Assembly: GCF_018350175.1 (NCBI RefSeq)
Contig: NC_058383.1
Span: 17,610,001 to 17,674,000, forward strand
DNA from: Felis catus
Lineage: Eukaryota
Length of the DNA stretch: 64,000 nt
Reading direction: 5' to 3'
The position numbers and the translations under genes are program-made. Below the pieces are notes generated by a model. The model made no database searches, was not told the origin of the DNA, and worked only from the letters and a program-made list of their open reading frames with translations. Position 1 is the stretch's first letter. The number at the start of each line of letters is the position of its first letter. This document shows, in pieces, positions 57,760 through 64,000 of this stretch.

Positions 57760-60700
57760 TCACGTCTTGGCCTTGCGGCCTCTGTGACTAACGGTAGGGC
57801 CAGCCAGGTGGGAGGGGGCACTGCTGCGCAGGATACGCTGGTCCCCTTGGTTGGTGGCCCCACCAAGTCGACGGGGGCCAGGCCGGCGACGTAGGGTCCC
57901 ATCCCCTTCCTCTTCCTCGCCTGAGGCTTCAGCCTCAGACTCCTCTACAGAACCCTCAGGTCCCAAGGGACTCGGGGGCTGTAGGCGGCCCCGCTTTGCC
58001 AGCCCAGGGCCCCCGCCAACTGGGGCCCCTGCCCGTTTGCGAGGCACCTTCTCAGTCTCTAGCGGGGGAACTAGAGACCCTGGACGCAGCCGGGTAGAGC
58101 GCAGTTTTGGAGCTAACGAGACCACAGGAGGTGTCAAATCTAACCCGCCTGGCCCACTATCTGCTAAATCCAGGTCATCCTGAATTACAGCCACCACCAT
58201 GGACCCTTCACTCTTTCGCCCCCGCATTCCCTCTGCTTCAAGCCGCAAGCGGGCCAGGCGGGTGAGGGGGCGGCTTCCGTCCTCATCAGAGGAACTACCC
58301 TCACTCTCCCCCTGGCCCTGGGGTTGCCGCCGCCTCCCCAATCCACAGCTCTCGAGGACAGAAGAGCTGTCACGGTCCAAGACAGGGAGCTGGCTGGGCC
58401 GAGGTGATGGTGGATTCTTGGGAGGTCGACCCCGTTTCCGCTTGGGTGGGGATGTTGAAATGGTGAGATTGGTGACAGTGTTGGCGACAGTAGCAGTGGG
58501 ACAGGCTAGGAGTGGTGGGAGTGGTGGCAGGGGAGGTGGTAGCGGGAGTGGCTGTGTCCGGCTCTCTAAGTTGCCATCCCCTGGAGAGGAAATGGTCCCA
58601 GGAATGGGCAAATCTCGTGCCTTAGGGGGCCGCCCACGCCTTCTTTTCTCCACAGGTGATAGGATGATGGGCTCGGGTCTGTGAATTGGCTGGGGTCCAA
58701 GAGGCTGGGACCCAGGACTAGGCTGGGGTCCCAGGACAGGCTCCGCAACAATAAGGGTCTCAGCCCCAGGGACTGGGTCAGCCCCATTGGTTTTTCCCTT
58801 AGAGGTGGATGAAGGTACCTCATCCACCCCTCGCCCAGCATCTGCTGGAGACCTGTTCTTCTTGGGGGGCCTCCCCCTCCGACGTTTCACAGCAGGAGGG
58901 GTGATGGCAAGAAGTGCCCCTTCTCCGTTCTCTGGGCTGCCCCCACCAGTCACCCCCAGCTCAATGCGACGGCGAGCTATGAAGGGTTGCTGGGTTGGGG
59001 TGGGCAGTGTGGATGGGGGAGCAGCTTCACAGGGCCCACCGGTGGGAGGTGAGGATTCTGGCCCCGACATGCTGCGGGCAGATGGGCTTCCCGGGCTGGT
59101 ACCAGTCTCAGAGACCCCAGGCACTAGGGTGCTGGCAGTTCCCCGCTGCTGTCGCCGTCGCCTCACCAGTTCCTTTTCCTCTACCACAGTCACTAGCCGT
59201 CCTGGCAGCTTGCGAAGCACTTTGGGGCCTGGAGGCTGCCCTGGCCGACCAGCCCCCTGACCCCTAATTTCTACATCAGCACTGGTGCGACGCCGAGGGG
59301 GCCGGGCAGGTGAAGGACTCTCAGGTGAGGAGGTGGCCGAAGATGAGGTTGATGGGGCTGTGACCTCTGCTGGAACAAGTTCCTGTGGCTTCTCTGGGCT
59401 GGAGGTTGGGGTCTGGGCCTCCACCAGCTCTTCTGAGCTCTTGTCAGCCTCCAACGGCTCCTGAAGTAGCTCATCAGATGCTGCTGAAGGTGGGAGCTCC
59501 AGCCCATTGCTCTCACTCAGACAGGAGGGCACCTCCTCACCATCAGGCAGCACTGTGAGGATGGTCCCCTCAGCAGGCTCTGGCACTTCCTGCTCTTGAC
59601 CGTTGGGGACGCTGTCAGCCTCCAGGGTTGGGCTAGGTGCAGAAGAGGCGAGAGAAAGGTTCTTCTCTGACATAGGCAGGATCTCAACAGCAACTGGCAA
59701 CAGATCCTTAGGGGGCACAAGAGTAAGTGGGGAAGTCTCGGAACTGGCCATATCAGCCAGCTCCGGGGACTCGGTGGATGCCAATGCTTGTGCACACAGT
59801 TCTGTCTCAGGCCCCAAGCCCAAGGGGAGGTTGGTGACTGGGGGGGAGACGGGCACAGAAGGTAGACCAAGCAGGAGAGGGGAAGAAGGAGTTGAGAGAG
59901 AGGTTTGGGCTGGAGGTGGAGTATGAGCTGGCGGAGGTGTACAGGCAGGAGGAGGCGTACAGGCAGAAGAACAAGAGGGAGGAATCTGTGAAGGGGGAAG
60001 TGGAGGAGAAGGCAAGATATGAACAGGAAGCATGGTTATTGGATTTGGGGCTGAAATGGGGATTGGGGCAGGGATTGGAACAGGGATTGGGGCAGGAATT
60101 ACAGCAGGAGCTGAAGCTGGAGTGGGTCGAGGCCTAGGTGCTGGCCGGGGAACTCTCTCCCTGGCAGGGCTGCAGCGTGGGGGTGTGGAAGTGCTGCGGG
60201 TATGATGGGTGGATGTGACAGGAGTGTGGTTTGCCCCTTGAGTCTCAGCCCGGGCTCCACGAAGACGTTCACTGACGCGAGTCCCTGGCCTTTCAGGGGC
60301 CTTGGCCTTCTTACTGCGCCGGTGACTGCCTCCACCAGTCCCACAGGAAACCTCATCCCCAGCCCCTGGCCCCTCCTCCTCCTCTTGGGGTAGGCGGAAC
60401 ACCTCCTCCTTGGCTTGGTCCAGGTCCTTGCGGGCAGCTTCCACTTGCTCCTACCAACAACAGAGCCCGAACAGTGGGTGGTCAGAGGGAGGCAAGCAGA
60501 CTGGGACTGGTTAGAAAGAATCAACTTCCCACTTCTATCCTCACCCCTAGAAATACTCACTTCTGCCTGCTTGAGCTCCTCTCGGCTCACCTCCTCCAGT
60601 GAGGCTTCCAGGAATTTCATGGCATAACGCTCAATGGGGGTCAGCTGTGGGAAGGAGAAGCGGTGATGAACATAGGAACTTGGCAACCAGGGCCCATCAC

Positions 60701-60995
60701 CCTTGATTATTTTCACCAGGGAAGATAGGAGGAGGATCACAAGGTCCAGAGGAAGAAGCTGAGAAGGGTGAGGTTAAGAACTAGTGGGTCCGACACTGAC
60801 CTGTTCTACAAGGGCAGCAATTTCCTGCTCAGCCCGGGACATCTCTTCATCCTCAGCCCCAGGCCGGCCGGCCTCCTCTCCGTCACCAGCAGGAAATCCA
60901 TCATTCTCATTGAATTCTGCAAGCTCAGCCACCTGTTCAGCTTTGGCCTGGGTGGCCGCACGGATATCCTCTTCATCCTCTGCCCGACACAGTGC
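57760..60995 (-). CDS. SRCAP: Snf2-related CREBBP activator protein, last three coding exons (60801-60995, 60561-60644, 57760-60450); gene continues beyond the window end
   Basis: ALCRAEDEEDIRAATQAKAEQVAELAEFNE, LTPIERYAMKFLE, then an 896-aa Pro-rich terminal exon with three AT-hooks (RRRGRPPK twice, RKRGRPPK) ending GRKAKT. AATAAA (-) at 57379-84. Confidence 0.96.
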
Positions 60996-61304
60996 CTGCA
61001 AGGATGTGGGGAAGCAAAAAACCACAAAAATTAAAGAACTTTATATCCTGTAGTTCGATTCTGGCAAGAATCTGAAGCCAAGTTTAAACCAAACCAGGTT
61101 TACAACAGAACTCAACTCTCTTCTGGGCCCTCAGAGTTACCAAAGCAATGCAGTATTTCCACATAGGATGAAACAGATTTGACTTGGTGGCCCACCAGTG
61201 ATGAACTGTTTTTAGAAACCTCTAGCTCTGCTTCCTTTTCCATTCAAGTCAGCCTTAGATCTCCTTTAAAAAAAAAAAGAACAAAAAACAAAAAAAACAA
61301 TCCT

Positions 61305-64000
61305 AGGCTGCCTGGGCAGCTCAGTGAGTTAAGTGGCCGACTTCAGTTCAGGTCACGATCTCGTGGTCCATGAGTTCGAGCCCTACGTCAGACTCTGTGC
61401 CAACAGCTTGGAGACTGGAGCCTGCTTTGGATTCTGTGTCCCTCTCTGCCCCTTCCCCACTTGCCCTCTGTCTCTCCCTCTCAAAAATAAACATCTAGAG
61501 AAAAAAAAAAAAAAGTCCCAGGGTGGCCCGGGCAGCTCAGTGGTTAAGGGTCCAACTTGATTTTGGCTCAGGTTGTGATCTCATGGTTTTGAGACTGAAC
61601 TCCAAGCTGGACTCCACGCTGGGCGCGGAGCCTGCTTAAGTCTGCCCCTCCCTTGCTTGTGCATGTGCACTCTCACTCAAGATAAATACGTGAATAATAA
61701 GAATAAAAATAATTTTATTTATTTTTTTTTTAATTTTTTTTTCAACGTTTTTTATTTATTTTTGGGACAGAGAGAGACAGAGCATGAACGGGGGAGGGGC
61801 AGAGAGAGAGGGAGACACAGAATCAGAAACAGGCTCCAGGCTCCGAGCCATCAGCCCAGAGCCCGACATGGGGCTCGAACTCACGGACCGCAAGATCGTG
61901 GCCTGGCTGAAGTCGGACGCTTAACCGACTGTGCCACCCAGGCGCCCCAGAATAAAAATAATTTTAAAGAGCAGTCCCAGAGGAGCGCCTGGGTGGCTCA
62001 GTCAGTTAAGTGATTATGGCTCAGGTCATGCATTATCTCAGTTTGTGAGTTCGAGCCCCACATCGGGCTCTGTGCTGATTGTGTAGGATGTGTTAGAATT
62101 CTCTCTCTGCCCCTCCCCCAGTGGTGATCTCTCACTCTCTCAAAGTAAGTAAACCTTAAAAAAAAAAGTCCCAGAAAGCTTTAGTTTTTATTTATTTTTT
62201 TAATGTTTATTTCTCAGAAAGAGAGAGAGAGAAAGAGAGGAGTGAGAGAGCGAGCATGAGTGGGGGAGGGGCAGAGAGAGGGAGACACAGAATCCAAAGC
62301 AAGTTCCAGGCTCTGAGCTGTCAGCACAGAGCCTGATGCGGGGCTTGAAGTTGTGAACTGTGAGATCGTGACGTGAGCCGAAGTTAGACGCTTAACCCAC
62401 TGAGCCACCCAGGTGCCCCCAGAAAGCTTTAAATACACAAAAATCCCCAATTCTTCTTTGCCTCAAGATCCATCTTGACAACACACTACCACATCTTGTC
62501 TTTTCCTTGAAATGAATATCCAGGAAGCTCATATCAAAGTCACCAAGAGATGCAACCTAGAGTGTGCTCAGCAATGAGGGCAAGGCACTTGGTAGGGAAA
62601 AAACATCTCCATGGTCTCTACTACTTCTGAAAAAATACAAATGCCCAGCCCTTGCCCCCCAAAATCACAACTTAGTATATTCTGAGATGGGGTCCCAGGA
62701 ATCAATCCTTTAAAAACCTCTCAGGGAGCCGAGGGGGAAACACCTGGGTGGCTTAGTCAGTTGAGTGTCCGACTTTGGCTCAGGTCATAATCTCACGATT
62801 CGTGAGTTCAAGCCCAACATTGGGCTCTCTGCTGTCAGCATAGAGCCTGCTTCTGATCCTCTGTCTTCCTTCTCTCTCTGCCCCTCTCCCACTCCTCTAC
62901 TTATATGCATGCACTCTCTCAAAAAAAAAACAAACATTAAAAAAGAACATATTGGGGCACCTGGGTGGCTCAGTCAGTTAAGCGTCCGACTTCGGCTCAA
63001 GTCATGATCTCACAGTTCATGCGTTGGAGCCCCACATCAGACTCTGTGCTGACACCTTGGAGCCTGGAGCCTGCTTCAGATTCTGTGTCTCCCACTCTCT
63101 CTGCCCCTCCCCCACACACACTCTGTGTCTTTCTCACAAAAATAAACATTAAAAAAAAAAAACATATTAAGGGGCGCCTGGGTGGCGCAGTGGCTTAGGT
63201 GTCTGACTCCTGACTTTGGCTCAGGTCATGTTCTCATGGTTTGTGAGATTATGCCCCATGTCAGGCTCTGTGTGGACAGCACAGAACCTGTTTGGGATTC
63301 TGTCTGTCCCTCCCCTGCTTGCACAGGAGCACACTATCTTTCAGAAGTAAATAAATGAACATTAAAAACATTTTTTTAATATTTAAAAAATAATAATAAA
63401 AACAGTTTTAAATGAAAAGCTCTTCAGGGGCACCCGCCTGGTTCTGTCAGTAGAGCCTGAGACTCTTAATGTCAAGATCATGAACTCAAGCCCCACATTC
63501 AAGTGGGCATGGAGCCTACTTAAAAATAAATTATTTTAAAAAAAAGTAAATAAAATTAAATAGTTTTTTGGGGCACTTGGCTGGTTCAGTTGGTGTAATG
63601 TGTGATTCTTGATCTCAGGGTCATGAGTTCAAGCCCTACGTTGGGTGTAGAGCCTATTTAAAAAAAATTAAAAACCAAAAAGCTTTCCAAGTGATTCTAC
63701 TATGCACTGGTGTTTGAAAAATAAGAGGTTACACCACATAGAAAGCACTTCTTACATCCATTATGCCATTTAAACCTCAGTTACTTCCTTTTTTTTTTTT
63801 TATTTTTTTTTATTTTTTATTTTCAACGTTTATTTATTTTTGGGACAGAGAGAGACAGAGCATGAACGGGGGAGGGGCAGAGAGAGAGGGAGACACAGAA
63901 TCGGAAACAGGCTCCAGGCTCTGAGCCATCAGCCCAGAGCCTGACGCGGGGCTCGAACTCACGGACCGTGAGATCGTGACCTGACTGAAGTCGGACGCTT
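61305..64000. mobile_element. Dense cluster of ~11 Can-SINEs in an SRCAP intron (+: ~61305, 61520, 61982, 62733, 62954, 63171, 63426, 63589; -: ~61712-61948, 62185-62420, 63790-end)
   Basis: Repeated gg(g)cg/acctgggtggctcagtc heads and A-tails; TSDs agaataaaaataatttta and cccagaaagcttta. Confidence 0.9.

Noticed and set aside
57247..59260. Antisense and alternative ORFs over the SRCAP terminal exon and 3' UTR
   Set aside because: By-products of Pro-rich GC-biased coding sequence and a T-run; no independent support.
61000..64000. Possible intronic snoRNA (human SRCAP hosts one, as I recall)
   Set aside because: This intron portion is almost all SINE; no H/ACA or C/D structure recognised here.

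Overview
Mammalian genomic DNA, almost certainly a felid (many felid-type tRNA-derived Can-SINEs). It is syntenic with the human 16p11.2 block ZNF629-RNF40-CFAP119(CCDC189)-PHKG2-TMEM265-SRCAP. I reconstructed all coding exons by hand from GT-AG junctions and recalled protein homology. Complete and intact: ZNF629 (+, 868 aa, 19 C2H2 fingers), RNF40 (-, 19 coding exons, 1001 aa), CFAP119 (+, 9 exons, 331 aa), PHKG2 (-, 9 coding exons, 406 aa), TMEM265 (-, 109 aa). SRCAP (-) is present as its last three exons. The first ~11 kb is intergenic and repeat-rich (SINE, L1, L2, MIR). No CRISPR, rRNA or genuine tRNA gene was seen. The least-explained signals are: (i) an orphan promoter-like CpG island with a ZNF143/THAP11-type motif between two RNF40 poly(A) signals; (ii) a short repeat in the ZNF629 3' UTR that looks like an amplified zinc-finger linker codon unit; (iii) uORF and N-terminal-extension structure in the RNF40 leader; (iv) a phase-compatible SRCAP-TMEM265 read-through. 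All four are hypotheses, not demonstrated systems. Repeat boundaries and families were assigned by eye and are approximate.
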